Shown here: piece after piece, positions 1-61,042 of the stretch | Layout of the letters: every line of letters begins with the position of its first letter | How positions within the stretch are numbered: the stretch's first letter is position 1 | Position numbers and translations under genes: made by a program | The notes under the pieces: generated by a model | Database searches by the model: none | Told to the model about the DNA's origin: nothing | Seen by the model: the letters and a program-made list of their open reading frames with translations, nothing else | Origin: Tubiluchus corallicola | Taxonomy: Eukaryota > Animalia > Priapulida | Direction: 5' to 3' | NCBI GenBank assembly: GCA_030141605.1 | Contig: JAQGDQ010000109.1 | Location: 551,165-615,164, forward strand | DNA length: 64,000 bases

Positions 1-400
1 TAATGCATGTTCTGTTCAGATATATTGCAAACAGACCTCATTAACAGTTATGATTGTTCACTAAATATATGATTGTTCAGTTATTTATAAAGTACTGAGT
101 GTTTATCTGTTGTATGATTTTTTTATATTGCCATTACTAGAAAACTTATAAAGCATATATTGAACTTTCTTGATACGGGTTCATACTCTAACAAATTAGC
201 ACTCTAATCTTCTGTAAATTGGCAGGGTCAGGACAAGTCACATGTGGTATACCATTCTGGCCTGGTTCAATGAATTCAAACACAACTGACAGTCTAATGT
301 ACTAGAAGTACTTAGTAAATATTTTCTGCATCAGCAAACCACTAAACCACTTTTTTTCAAATCCAAGCTTAACATTTTTAAATCAACAACAGACACTTAC

Positions 401-45818
<45,418 letters not shown>

Positions 45819-48800
45819 CTAAAAATGAGTAAACGAAATCAAGATCATTATTATAGTTTTAAATTATGTTAATTGTAATAATTATTTGTTATAGACCATC
45901 TAAGAGTAACTGCAAAATCAATTTATAATTTTTCATTAACAGAACCTGGAAACAAGGCTGGAGCCACTATGTAGGCAAGTGCTATTCATAAGGAAACACA
46001 TGCAGGATTTAATAAAGTGAAGTGTAACTTTATTTTATATAAAATTTGAAATTCACTTTTCCTCTCCCGAAGAATGTGAAAAAAATATTTTTCAAAGAGA
46101 GACAGCAAGCTAAAAAAGATGATGTTGGAAATGCACAAAAACTTTTATTGTTGTATAGAGAAAGAAAAGTGTGATTAATAGTGTTGTAATTACCTCGTTT
46201 TACAGAAATGAAAGACAAGATTAGAAAATTCAAGATTATTATACTAAATTATAGATCAGACCATAGTACTTATAAGCCTAATTATATAATATTCAAAAAA
46301 CATTGAAAGTTTTTGAAATGCTCTTGAAAGTCTAGTATCCAAGTTTCACATGGGAGAAGGAAGAAAGCAGTGCATTTAGCTTTCAAAAATAACTTAGAGC
46401 ATCCTGAACAAAAGAAAAAGAAATGTCTGATTTTTTACATGCCTGTTGAACTCAAGATCAAATTGAACAGTTTGAAATTAAGAGAGGCTTTGCAGGTATT
46501 GTCTAGCAGTGCCACAGATAATTTAAATGTGTAAGCGTTTTCCAAAACAAGTAAAGGAAAAATTGGTTTGATCATAATTTAATAAAAACCATTAAGAAAA
46601 AACTAAGGCCTAACAACTCACTATTAATTTACACTTTTTACAAGGCAAGAGGACCAAGCACGAACAGACAACTTTTGCATTCAAATTGAAAAAACAAAGC
46701 TTAATTGCTTATCATATCATTTAAAACGCAGGTAAAGAACAAAATGATGACTGATTGCGTTATGTTGATGTGAAACGGATCTTCGACTAAGTTTGCTAAC
46801 TCCTCACCAAATGTTTTCAAATTATCATTTGTATTATGTCTGCACATGTATATGTCAAGATAAAATAAAGACTGAGTTGCTAGTACAGTATTTGCTAAAA
46901 AACACACAAATGTGGATGTTATAGCTGTACTACAGATAGACAAAACGGACGTTTCTTCCTGGAATTCTCCATAAAACGTATTCTGATTTTGCCAAGCAAA
47001 TAATATCGTAAGTTGGTACGCTGGGAAGCAAATAAATAGCGGCAAATGAATGGTGGTACATGATAATGCTTCTTGATCAGCGAAGCGTGACCACTACACC
47101 CACACAGGACTGCTCCATACTATACGTGAAGCAGTTTCATTAAACCATGATTGGTAAAGACTGGCCACGACAGATATAGGCACAGAACTTTATTTATAGT
47201 AAGATCAAACTTCTCTGTTATAATGCAGTTAAACACGGCAAAATATTCTTCGATAAATTAATTATCAGATATAAAAGACAGTTTTATTTTTATCCTCTCA
47301 CACGTCTCTCCTTGACGTCTTTTTCTCTTTACTTAGTAGAATAATCTGGTGGTGATTCTTCAATCCACTAGAGTTACCGAGGTAACTGTGAACAGTAAGA
47401 TGAGATGAAACGGGTTATCTCATCTCTCACTCAATCATCTATCTGTCATCTCTATCACCACGGCCGGACAAATATCAGTAGAATTTAATTCGGCATAAAA
47501 TTTTCAGCAGCCATCAATAACAATGAAGTGCTAATATAAAATAATTGCTCTAGAGCAAACGCAGACGGGAATCCGGCACAAAGCGAGGAAGAGTGAGGAT
47601 TTTCGGTGTGAAATCCACCAGGAATATTGCACACTTCCTGATTCCTAGGCGGATTCCGAAAATCGAAACGACTTTTTTATGATATTTAAAATCATATTTG
47701 TAATTTGCGCATTCATAAACTCTTTATTGGGGGACTAAACTTGTTTGTTCTTCTTGGACATTCTGTTTGTTCTAATTCCTTTGTACCTGGAACGCACTTT
47801 CCAATACAAAATTCCGTTTTTTTGTTCAAGATTTTTCAAAGTTAACGAAAAATCGAAAGCAGTTGTAAGGTTGCTCATGCAGTACCTACAATCTGACAGC
47901 TTTAACTGATTTACTAAAACATTTATACGTTTTCCGCCATTAATCTTTTTAATTTTTGACTCACAATACATTTATTTGTCTTTTTCCTCGAGCATTTAAA
48001 TATTCATTTGTTGTATTTATTTAATTTATATGTAGCTAGCATGCGCTATCGAGCAGAATGCATTTTAAACGCACGTTTCGTTCTTTCTTACCTTCAGAGC
48101 CATTTTCAGGTGTAGGTCTGTTCGGGTAAAATTTACGACATCCACACTGTGACATTTACATCTAAAGTGTTTACACAGCGGCAAACACGCCCAAGAAAAA
48201 CACTCGAAATGGTTTTTTGTGAATTTCAGAAGCCATGCTGAGTTGGGAATACGCAAATGTTCTGCGGGGATTTGTTTGAGGAACAGAAAAAGGAATGTAA
48301 ACGCGCTTGCTTCGCTCACTAAGTTTTATCGAAAATACTGCTGTCAGTTAAAAAAACTCAAGCTCCCGACGTTCATTTAAACTGCTCGTGGACAATGGCG
48401 TCATTACATATATCTGCTGAATGTTAAAATGGGAAGGGTAGGACTAAAATCGGGGCGGTAACTATATGACATATTTGAATATGGACTGACAGGATTTTCG
48501 AGAACAGCTAACGATGACAATGAATTCAAGACACTATGCAGTACGCAAGCAAACTCCAATGTTAGAAAGAAGAGCAGAAAAAGTTTAGTGATGAAACGAA
48601 ACTACTATAGCTACGTGGCTACGTTACGCAATGGTGAAATGTATTCGCCAGTGTTAAGTAACCCTGGCAGGCCTTCAGGGGTCACGACAATAACCTTATA
48701 AGCGTATTGAACAGACAATAGGTCAAGAAAATGTCCTAAATGAACAGGCTGTACAAACCGTTTCAGTGTGAATGAACTACAAGATGGTGACTCACTGCGA

Positions 48801-49229
48801 AAAGATACTATGCGTGGAAACTTAAGCGCTGTCCCGCAAGACTGGCACTTATGCAGCCCGTAACCTTATCTGCCATCCCGCTGACTAAAATCATTAGTTA
48901 CCAAGACAACGCGCGTAAAAGCGAAATGATTGCCATGAACTTTAATTGCTTCTATTTACGGCAAGTTTGCGGGTAATTGGCAGTATTGAACCCAATGATC
49001 TTTATCAAGTTTAACCCTCAAGCGAAAGCCTCATGTAGTGACGTGACAATTTCTCAGAAATAATAAGTCAAACCAGGATACGTAATAAATGATGACAGGA
49101 TTCGAGTTGTAACTTGTAAGTAGATTATTTGAATTCGTTACGCAATTTCCTGCGAAACATTACATAATACGCGAGTTTAGTGAAAGGCCACTCCTCAGTG
49201 AAGGTAGAAGTCAAAAAAGGTAAACATAA

Positions 49230-49700
49230 ATGTCTTTACACTGTCGCCTTTACAAGCAAACAACAAAGATATTTAGCTAAATCGGAACTCAACACTGTTT
49301 GCTAATGTGCGTTCTTCTCTTATATTAGGTCTGAAACATATGAAACCGCCAATACCTAAGGACAAATACAATGTGTTAAAAACAACACTCGTTAATAGGG
49401 CCTTTCATTCGTGACAAGTTGCAAATGGCTTCATAGTTTAATGTAAATTATGAAGCCACAATGAAGTCATGCTTTGTAATGTAATGGCTGTACTCCAAAT
49501 ACCGTCCAACGTTGGGTAAAAAATAATACCGACTGTACATGTATAGTGTAGAGAAAGCAGCAGTTACAGTTTGATAAATAACATCCATGGGGATAATTTT
49601 TCTACACACACATTTCAACGGTATGATTTCATTATTACCATACAATGTGCTCCGTAGCAATGATGCAAGGTCTTTTGGGAAGCCACACTTTATGAAATTC
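49230..49700 (+). mobile_element. Highly decayed Penelope-like RT C-terminal fragment
   Basis: Frameshifted remnants ...TLVNRAF...(W)..FH...NG(Y) and a later LPY, in the order typical of Penelope elements. Confidence 0.35.
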
Positions 49701-51194
49701 TTTTGTACTCGTTGTGCAGAAAGAAACTCTCGAAGAAAGCAACAAAATTTTGAACAATCAATTCAACAATAATGCGCAAAACAACTCTGCTTATTGTATG
49801 AGGCAGTAACACTTTCAGAGTGGTTTTACTGCGCAAAATGACACAGTTCGAAGAAGCTTTATTTCTTACACTTGTCAGATTATTACAGAAAATTCAGAAA
49901 CCTCGACTGCAATTTATCGTGTTTCTCACAAGGTGATTATAACGTGAATCAAATGTCGTAAAATGAATGTTATCTCAGCGATACAGACTGAGTTTCAGAT
50001 TGGAAGTAATACAGAGATAGAACATAATAATTTCTACAAAGTGTAATACATATATTTACTATATTTCGTGAAATATAAGTAACCACGAAAAAAATCTACA
50101 AAAAGAATGAGAATTCAAGAAAATCGAACAATCACAGTCAGAAATGACGTCTTAAACTTCAGCACTACTAATCACGAATGGTCGCGGGACAGCTGAATAA
50201 GAATAATCCTGTAATATGGAACAATGAACTGATGGAGGTAGTCACTAGTCACCCGTCCTCATTATCATGCATCCACTCTCAACGAGAGGCAGATAGCAGA
50301 TAAAACCAAGCCTCAGCTTTTGAAGAAGCAGCTTTTGCGGAAGTCATCAAATCATTTATTAAGCAGGCCCAGCGCTGTTTAACTTCGTATCTAAGCATGC
50401 ATCGTGAATCGTGACCAGTCAGCCTCACTCACCCTCCTTCCCAAAATAAGTTAGTGATTAGTACAGTTTGTGTAAAACACCCAAGAAAAAATCAATTCCA
50501 CTTAATAATGAACAATAATTAGTGACGACTTGAATAGCTTTTCATCTACCTTTAAATGTGCGTATAATGATCGTATGACGTGCGTACTTATACAGCAGCT
50601 GGTAATCGCATGAATCTTACAGTAATGCAATTATGTCATATTTATTATCAAAGTGAAGGCGAGAAGAAATCCTATGATTTATTACAAAATTCACTTCTTA
50701 AATGGAGACTCGAATGCCTGGAATGCTAAACACTTCGATCACTTCTTAAGCTAATAAAGTCGTAAGCTGCGAAAATTTTGCAGAAGATTAATCCACGATT
50801 GCTATGCGGTCGTACGAAAATTAATGGCACGGGTTTACAGGCAAAGGCACTAATTGCAAGTTTCATTTCGAAAGAACTCTGTGGCAAGAGAAAACTCGCG
50901 TATACAATTGCGAAATGGCAAACACGACTTTCAGAAGGTTAAACCTGAACTGCATGCACAACTGTAGAATTAAAGGTAAATGCATCCCCCATTCAATCGC
51001 AATTTGTGTTAAACAAGGAAATTTTGTTTCGTTAATAACCCTCTTTATCGAAGGAAAATTTTTGAGGAAATCTTACTTTTGTTGCTATGAAAGCTGCAAC
51101 CACAGCAGAATTATTTTTGATGAAGTTGAGGCGTCTTTTAGATAATTCTAGACATAAAACAAGGCATCATTTATACAACTAATTGATTTGTAAT

Positions 51195-51300
51195 TAGCGA
51201 CGATGACGATGCTTTACTGCCGCTATTGACTATGGTGACGATGATGACGACAATGACGATAATGAAGAATAAGAATAAGATAAGAGGGATAAGATAAGAT
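51195..51300. repeat. (GAY)n / (AAGAT)n low-complexity repeat
   Basis: Direct reading. Confidence 0.8.
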
Positions 51301-51773
51301 ATATTTATTTATCTCCTGCAAGTTCAACAGTGCAAAGAAATTTCAAAATTCATAAAGACGCTAAACACTTGGACACGGTAAAATAATGATAGTTTCACAA
51401 TAGAAGAACTGAAAAACATACAAAAGTACAATTAAAAATTAACAAAATTAATGCAAAACCAGAATTAATTGTGGTAATATAATTTTAAGCAGCTAAGGCA
51501 GCACGCACATTTAAATGCAAGAATTATGGAAATCAATACACGCGTGAAGATTCAAAAATGTGCACTGAACTATGAAACAAAACAAAATCTAACTCAAAAC
51601 TAACTCAAAAACACATGCATTAATATTTAGGCAAAACAAATCAAAAAGAACATAAAGTCTCATAACCAAAAATGCTGAATGGAATACAAATTTTTGAAAA
51701 TATTTATGCTTACATCAAGTAGTATAGGCCAGCAATTCGTTTTTATATCTTTTACTTAATATGTTAAAAATGT

Positions 51774-51835
51774 GAAGAAGAAGAAAAAGAAGAAGAAGAA
51801 GATGATGATGATGATGACAATGATGACGATGATAA
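51774..51835. repeat. (GAA)n(GAT)n compound microsatellite
   Basis: Direct reading. Confidence 0.85.
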
Positions 51836-54800
51836 TAACTTGAAATATCATTATCTTGTACAGATGCCACGATTTTGATATTCTTACATAAATTTGGAAA
51901 TGCGAACTAATGGCTCACATACACAAAAATGTCTCACAGACAAGGTTGATCAAAATGGGCTTTGAGATTCATACAGATCATTTTCAATCAGTGCTGACAC
52001 ACTGAGGGAGAAGCCAAGTAGTAATGATTTGATAAAACCTGCATTAAATCAATAAGGCGAAACTTTGGCGACTAACCGTGATTTTCCAAAGAAGCCGAAC
52101 TGTAAAAGATTTAATGGCAATGTATACTGCGCAATACCTTTATCGGCACTCCAGCCAGCAAATGCTTTAAATTTTTATCTCCGAAATGTTTACGTCAAAA
52201 TGCGTGTGAATTGAGATGTTGGTGACGAACAGCATAAAATAAACTGCAAAAATGCTGCCGCTTTTTTGCTTGAAGTAGGAAGTCTAATATATTGGATCTC
52301 GTACGTGTGAAGTAAACTCAAAATCAGACTTGTAATCAGTTAAAGTTAAACGGATCCCAGAAAGCGCATTCGCAAGACAAAGGGTTATCAGTTAGAAAAC
52401 AAATAAACAACGAAGAACAGTGTGCGGTCACAGATGGCCTCGCATTCAGAAACGAAATTCGAAAAAAATAACCATCTTTTTTTAATTTTAGCACTTCCGC
52501 TGGTCACCAAGTGAACGAAATTGTCGATCAAGGCTGGTTTTCTGCCGGCTCTAAACAAACGTTACCGATTGAAAACCCATTTTTCAATTTTGTCGTCCTG
52601 GAAGTAATCTAATCTTTTACGAATAAATAAAATACTATGACGAATGCATGCATGCCTTTAAATGCAACTGTTACTATAGAAAATCCCGAGAATATTTTTT
52701 TCCTTTGATTTTCTACGGTCTAATTATTTTTAAGGCAACAAAGTTCGTGCAAACCACGCCAAACTCCCTTATGGAATTTCAATCATTATTCCAACCGATT
52801 CAGCGAAGACTGTCGTTTCTATTTATCATTCATTCAAATTTCGTCTTCTTATTTAATCAAGCCAGTAATTTTCGTTTGAATTCTGAATGTTTTTGGCGCT
52901 TGGCCAAGATGAGCATAATAATAATTGTCTCCATCAGAAACTGCACATAGTTACAAATAGACGACAACGCCAAGCCGTTGGGAAAGTAATGGTGGCTCCT
53001 TGTCACATATAAGACACTTGGCAATGGCAACTGTACAATTAAAATTAAAAGTGGAAAATTGTCAAGAAAAATTAGTTGTGACTGAGGGTAGCAGCAGCGC
53101 CAATGCGTAACTGCAATAAAATAATGTGACTATAATGTCAGATAAATTACGCATATACCCCTATACCTACAGCAATAAAAACTGTTTGTACAATATAAGA
53201 ATTGACAAATCCAGGTAAAAAAGTCACAGGTAAAGAAGTCAGAGATAAAAGTTGAAGTAAAAGCCAAAATTGTGTCTTTCTTCGCGACTTTCTGTTCCCG
53301 TGACTTTATTACTGGTCACCGATTTAATGTACATACAAAATGGAAGACACATAATCACTTTCATATAAGTATAGAACAATTCAACATTTCTGTTCTGGCC
53401 AAGCTCATGTGCAAGTCCGCCTATAGTCAGTCACACAGCAGTGACAGCTCAGCATGAATATCGTCACTGGGTGAACCATAAGTACAAAAAAGATGACAGT
53501 ATACCTTTGTCAATTTAGCAAATTATGTTAACAACGCTTTATTGGGTCGCCCAATAATAACATACATAAATAAATACAGTGGGCATTACAATAGCTCTGC
53601 TCCATAAAGCACCAGAGAGAAGCCAGTCTCTCTGTTGGGCAGCTAAATAATATCCCTTAGCTAATATTAAAACGGAATAGGCAGCTGAGTGCAAGACAAA
53701 CACAAGCTTTGAGACGAGTGGAGAAAAGGGCTGTAAAGAACGAGTGTTTTTTATTGTGTAGTTATACACTATAAATATAGTCAATTGGAAGAGCTACAGC
53801 ACTCCAGTGTCTTGTGTCCGTTTTTTGTTCGGGAAACAACGCGGGTTCATTCAGAAGGCATTCAAGGTACTCTACCAGCACTGCCACTAGTTGGAAAAGA
53901 CTTTACGACGTCGGGCGCGCATCGTAAGAACGAAAAAATTCTCAATGATATGAACTCAAGCTATTAACAAACAATCGTTGTATATAGAAACTGAAAAAAA
54001 AACGTTTCGGTGCACAGTGTTTATTAATTTGGATGAAAGGAAAAATAATTAAAAAAATTTTATATTTTGTTTAAATGACCCTACTGCAGATTAACTTTTT
54101 CTCTTCTGGTAACACACCACAAGCTGTTTCGTTATCATTCCTCTACTGAGACTGTGTGTACTGCTTCCGGTTATTTTTCTTGTTGAAAGAGAATGCATCT
54201 ATATCAACACGCGATTAAGATTGTATATCATCTTAGAGGCTTATCCTAGATAAAGAGCTAAGTGCTGCCATAGCCGTCATGTCAAAGTAATAAAACAGCT
54301 CCCTGCCGTTAAGTACTGGATACCAGCTTATAGTGCTTCAAACTATATACGAAGTGTTTTTCAAATTGCTTTGCTAAATTTTTGTTTTGTCCTATTCAAT
54401 GCCAGCAAAAACGGCATTTCTCTGCTACAAGGCCTAATATCATGGCGTGGTGTGCATTAGACGACTTTTGCTTTTTGTGCAAACTGATCTCTCGTGTTTT
54501 TTCTGCACAGTGAATTTGTACTTAATTGGCGACTATGCTACACTATTTAAAAAAGACCAATTAGTTTTTCTAGTCGTAGTCATCAATTGAATCACGAAAT
54601 CCCGGGCACAAGCAGGTCACCAGCTTCCACCTCTTTTCCTAGTATATCAGACAGTAGGCTTATGCACATCAATAAGATCAAATTCACATTGTCGTTTAAG
54701 TAGCAATAGCTTTTGTTGAATATTGAACACCAGTACAGCCTATTTTATGGCTTCTACTGCAAAATGGCACGTAATAACATAAAAATTGTCATAGCTACAT

Positions 54801-57800
54801 ATAGAGTGTTTAGAGGCGCAGAATTACACGAGGACAAACACTGTCATTAAATCTAGAGCGATAACATCTATTCAGAGGCTCATATGTAGACACAACAAAA
54901 ACCTACAATCAAACTATTACAGTCAAGTGGCTAAAGATGACAATTAAATGCAGCGGAAATCGAGAGATGGGCATTTAATTGCTGTTCCACGATTGATGAT
55001 GACTTCAGCATATAGCAAAATCCCTACAGAGCCAGTACAGCTTGCAATGACATTGCTTATTAGGGGCAAGGCGCACAATAATGCGGTCGGCAGCGGTTCC
55101 CCGTCATTAAAACTGTTTGGTAACATTAGCCAATGGATGTAATGGCGAGGAGGAAATGTCCATAATTCGCAATAAGATTATATGTCGATTGTGGAAGACA
55201 AATCCTATTAAAGTTAACATTATTCCGAAGATTGCCGTCCTTGGCTGTATGATTATTCTGGATGACCTTTAAATCTTCGGGGTGGCAAACACTGCCAGCC
55301 TCTTAACTCTTCTCAAAGATCAATAATACACAAGAGTTTCTGTACAACTGGTTTCTGTAGCTTCTGCTGATACATGGCAGACCAGAATGGTAAATTTGTA
55401 ATCAACATTTTTTATTCTGTCCGTCTTCATCTTCAATTATAACTCGGAATCGCATACCGCACCAGCTTCCACCAATGTCGTTTTTCAATCTACTGTGTAC
55501 TTCGTTGTAGGAGCGCATCAAAAAAGCATCAATTATTGTTTCCTAGCCAGGAGACGCAAATGACACCACGTCTCACTACAGTCTGCAGGGCGTCAGACAA
55601 AGCGGGTGGCTAGTTGACTGTTCAGACAGATTGTACATATTTCTTTTTTACACTATAGGAAGCGACCACGACAAGTTGCAACGTGAAACAATCCCGAAAA
55701 GGGGGACCGAATCATTAAATTTTACAGTTTTTGAACCCACGCAAAACCTTGCAAAATGAACCAGCCAGGACACTCCGACTTTTTTTAATAAATTTTAAGA
55801 CAACAGAAAGCGGATACTAAAGCTATTTGAGCGCATATGATTTTCGTCAGACGATCTTCGCGCTACATCCATAGTAATTTGAACTAAAAGTAATCAGCAG
55901 TGAGCTAATATCAGAGTGCAGCTGTAATAATACACTGTTATTATAACTAAGCGCCAGTGAAACGACGATGAAACACGCTAGAAACACCCTGCTGAAAGGA
56001 TAATAAGAAGCACACTGTAATTATTCACTTGTTCTGAATGAACACTTCATGGATTTTCTGAATTTTTTTTATGCAAAAATTGGGCTTTTGGTATAACTGT
56101 GAGCATATCTTTCTTCCTAATTTACAGAAAAATCGTTTCTGTCAATGTTTGGCTAAAACTCAAACAAATTCTATATTAGAAAGGGGGAACATATTCTGTT
56201 TAAAATAGTAATGCACGTATATAAAAGTGATGAGTTAGATGAAAAACACTCAGATGCGCGACCTAGGAATGCCAATGAAATTCATGTTAAAAGTAATTTT
56301 CGCTTTTCCAAATTTTGGACATGTTAAAACTAGCTATTAATATGATATCAGGAACCTCTAAAAATATCGTACCCGTATAAGGCGATGTACGGGCTATTCT
56401 TGGAAACAGTAAAGTAGTCTGCAGGGACAGGCAATACAACGGCAGCACTAACAAAGTACAATGGCTTCATTTCTTGATCCATTCTGCTGAAACAGGTACT
56501 TTAGTTAATCACCATCAAGCCTAAATAATAACTGCTATTAGTTACATATAAGAAACAAGCTTATTTTAAAGTATTTTCCTACGACACAGACGCGGCATCT
56601 AATGTACTAAAAATAGTTTGATCGAAGACGAGAGACGCTGTTATCTTTTTGAATTTCAAATGTTTTTAAAGTGAATCGTGCACCAGGCACTACAAAGCAA
56701 GATAAATGCAAATCCCGAACCTGCATTTTGTGCAGCAATAAATCAAGTTGAATTGTAATTTCCACAAATCATCGCCGCATGCAGAGAGCAATTTCTGAAA
56801 TTGAGTTCTGTATCCAACAGGCGCATCTACACACGGGAGTAAGACAGGGTACTAGCAATACAAACAAAAATGAGTAATGGGCATACAAAATGACAAGAGT
56901 GTTAGCGAAAATATAGTGCAAAGGCGCAACCCATTTTTAAGCTATAATATTAGGCGCCATTGTATTTTTAGTAACCAGTAATTGAAGATCATCCTACTTG
57001 AACTCTCTGCAGTCACAAGGTCGTAATGCTCAACTTTTACAATGTGAAATGTATTTACGATGAACCTTCTTAATAAGCCTGCCCAAGTGGTCTCCAGTGC
57101 TTCGCGGGAGTAATGCTGCTGAACAATGTACGTGAAATCATGTAGGAAACCAGTCAACTAACCAGTCCACCCCGCAAATAATCACATCATTCAAATGGAC
57201 GTAAACTTTGTTGATACTACAAGATTAAGGTTTCACGAAAATACTGTTTAACTCTTGCAAGATAGAAACGGGAGATTCATATTCCCAAAAACGTGAGAAA
57301 TTTTTCCTACTGGAGTCTGGAAAGTGCTGGGGTCATGAACATAGCACACAAATGTAACAGGTGCTAAGTTTGAAGATACCACGAAACGTCAGACATGGGC
57401 GTTTGTTTACGTAGTATCTGAATTTTAACACTGACCGATAAAAGTGTCCTTTCTGAATTCGTTCTGATTTCATCATGGTTTTCGGTAATGTATAGCAGCA
57501 ATCGTTCCCCATTCAATTTTACAGATAACGAAAAATTTAAGCTATCATTAAATTAGTTAATTAAAGATGAAGTTGACATTAAATACCATACTAGGAGCTG
57601 CACGCAGCGTTATCTACTACCAAAAATAGATTGTTATAATATTTTATATTTCGGTACTGTCTTCCTGCCTCACGACAACACTGCTGTTAGCTTCAGCGCA
57701 TCATTGCCAAGATACGCCGCGAGAGTACTTCTGCACCCCCATAGATAGTTTTGCCGCATCTGCATAGTAAACATGGTTTTGGCAAAATATAAGAAATTAC

Positions 57801-60800
57801 ATAGCATGTATTCCGCAGTGGTACTATACAAAAGCTACAACGATAACCCAATGCCACTAGCACTAGCAATGACTCCCTTTCCTACCTAAACACCATATTA
57901 ACTACTGTACTTTATTTTCCGCTGCACTACATTCTCCCAACACAAGTAATTCTAAGATCATTTCGCGTTTTTTGTTACAATGTTAGGATTGCTTTCATTA
58001 TTCGTTCGAAACCGGAATTTCCGGAAAGCCATCGTTTAACTAAAGAAAAGTTTCACGTTTCCCGGTCGAATTTTTTTAACTGCTCTAAGCGGCAACTTTA
58101 TTTAGACTCCAAAATAACTATGGTCTGAATGAGAACCATTGTTTTGCGCAAAACCGCCTATCTAATCAACTAAGCACAGTCTGCATGTCATGGAAAAGTC
58201 ATTATCATAACAACACGGGCAGGTGGATACTGAGTACCTCCCTTTCCTCTCAACGACTTGTGTGCGTGTCCTTGTGCCTTGAGCTTGAAAAATGATTAAA
58301 AAGAAATCTAAACAAACAACACCCGTTTTAAAAACAGCAAACGACGAATTAATACCGGTTTGTGAAAATGGGAAAATTTCGCGATCTTTTAAGGCATTAT
58401 ACCTTTAACCTTTTCAAACCTAGTGTTTCTATTCTGCTTTGTCTACATAGTGAGGAAACGGGTGCGCTCCTTATCACCCAGCTAAAGCGATTTTCAGATA
58501 AATTGGGGCAATTGTCATTTTATTTTAACGAGCCAGAAAGTGCGATATACCCAGAACTTGTTAGTTCTTGTCTTATAAAATTAATGAGTTTATAGCATTA
58601 GAGCAAAGGAGAGACAAGAAGACCACTGCCAGTCTAAATAAAACCAGTAAGGTATTATTAGATTTCTTTTATTAAATATATCTATTTTCCTCTCAGATAG
58701 TTTCTCTAAAATGTAATTTTTCCGAACATCATTGCCGACAATCAATTGACTATCAAAAATCAACTTCAACCATAAAGTCCTTGTCATAGTTGTCCGTCAA
58801 ACACAATTCTCAACGTCAATTTTTTTTCATTTGTCAGAAAGGTAAACATGCATGATTAAAGTATTTTAGTGTACCAAATATAAATTTCCAAAATTTTTGC
58901 GGTGTCATATGAGGTTGTGAATGAATCCGCCCAGCCTAACGTTTTGTTTCCCCACAGCAAGGTGCTGACGTCATATTAAATATGTTGACGAAAGAGAGAT
59001 CAATACGCCGGGATTTTAGTTCAGGGGACAAGCCAGCGCAGTGCGGTACTGATGCTTCCTGGATGCTGGCGCGTCGGTTCATCCGCGTTAACTAGGCAAC
59101 GCTGACCCACAAAAACTGAAGCACGACAGTTGTCAGGTAAAAACGTAACCAGCGTAAAAGCCGCTTTAATAATAACATTCGAACTTAGCAGGTGACCTTA
59201 CCGTATGTTCTGGCAGTGCAACAAATTAAGTGTATGTTGTAGAATTTTGCAGGACATAATTATATTGAAACTCACGGCTTTTTAAAGGTTAAACCCCAAC
59301 TAAACACTAGGTTTTTAAACCAATATTTGGATGTGGTGTAGAGCATAACAAAGTCTGTGTATGTTAAGAAGCACTACAATATAAACACGGCAATAATGAG
59401 TCACTCGGGAGTAGCCGTTCGTGCGTAATTACACTACAACTGCAATCAGCAATTGTGTCAACAAATGTGCTAACACTGGCAGCCATGAAAGGAAACCCGT
59501 GAGCCATATATCACAGTGTAAAAGGGAAAGAGGTGACACCACCGATATATCAAGAGGCCGCGGCAACCACAGCGACAGAGAAAAGAGGTGACAGCCGTGA
59601 TAGTTCAAAAGGAGCGGGAACCATAAAGGCACTCCGTTGCGGCAGTGACGTCTTTAATCCACTAGATAACACTGGTTGGTATTTTATAAAAAACAGTTTT
59701 TTTATTAATTTTTATAAATTTTAGGTTAAAATATTTCGTAATTATGCCTTGGTCTGGTAGGTAAAAAAGCAACCGGATGATAGTTGGCATTAATAGCATT
59801 ATTTAATGGTTAAATTGCAGTACAACTAAAAAAAATCAACCGCACCGTGCAATACTGCACTGCAATAAGATCAAGTAAACTAAAATTGGCGCTCACACGA
59901 TTTTTTTCTATATAAATTAATTTCATATACATATTATATTTTGTATACCCATACACTAATGGATAAAAAAATCTTTTTATTATCCATTATATAATAATAT
60001 AATAAAAATCTTATATAAAAAGGCTCGACCAATATGACTACTAATTTTATTTCAAAGGTCGACCAGGATGAAAGCGCAACCACATCACACAAGCCAACTA
60101 CAAGACAAACCGTTACTTTTGTTTTGTCGATCGACGACGATTGTTAGTCTGTTATAACTTGCAAAACCAGGGAATAGTAAACAATTCGATATATCGTTAT
60201 ATTTTTTGTAAAAAAAATTACTTATACATAGACGTGAGTTGTAGTTAATTCAGATGGTTTCGTTAGGTAGCCCAAGGCGATTAAATTGCCAGGTTGCTTT
60301 ATTACTCTTTATAGCCGACCTCGTCCAGTACTAGGGGGCTAAAACAATTGCGAGTACATATACATTATATATACACCCCGCAGAAAATGTAGGTCGATTT
60401 AGCAATGACTCCTGTAAAAGTTATTTCCAATTTACCACATATATACAGCAGCGGTAAGTACCACGTAGAAAAGACTCGTTTCTATAATCAACTAATGCTC
60501 GACAGCAAAACGCCATTATTAGAAGAAACAATTAAATGTAAGCGTTAATTGCGGCTATTCTATAGCTATGCCTACTGCGTTTATAGGGCCTGGCTTTCCC
60601 TTGTCCACACGTGGGTACTCAGACTCTCTTGACCGTCTCCAAGAATATTCCTAGCTTACAGGAATAACCTTTCGTAGCACACGCAGAGTCGATAAAGAGA
60701 CATTGAAACTAACAAGGCAACTGACTTAATAAACGAAAGCTGTAGGGATAGTTAGGCTTGTGGAATACAAATCCCTAAAAAGGCCACTACACTAATTACT

Positions 60801-61042
60801 TTAATCACGTGTGATATAGCTATATTAACCCAGTAGAAGTGTTATACACTAGTTGAGAGTTCTCATGTGTACGTAATAAACAATAATTGGGTGTCTTATC
60901 CTTATTTCTAACTCACTATCCCACTGCTCAGGAAATGCTTAACTTTACGATAAGAGAGACAGTCATCATTCAGCTACCGCCGCCGCGTAAACAAATGGCG
61001 TTACCTCCTAGAATCTTACCAATCGGTTGATGTTGCTGATGC

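Noticed and set aside
46701-47045. 114-aa minus-strand ORF
   Set aside because: No resemblance to EPG5 or to any family I recognise.
48092-48103. ATG GCT CTG AAG|GTAAGA (MALK) as the first EPG5 exon
   Set aside because: Good donor, but I could not link it to the missing conserved N-terminal exons; the nearest candidate exon (from ~47885) has a stop in the required phase.
54940-55620. Relatively GC-rich stretch with short ORFs on both strands
   Set aside because: No recognisable motifs or splice-consistent frame.
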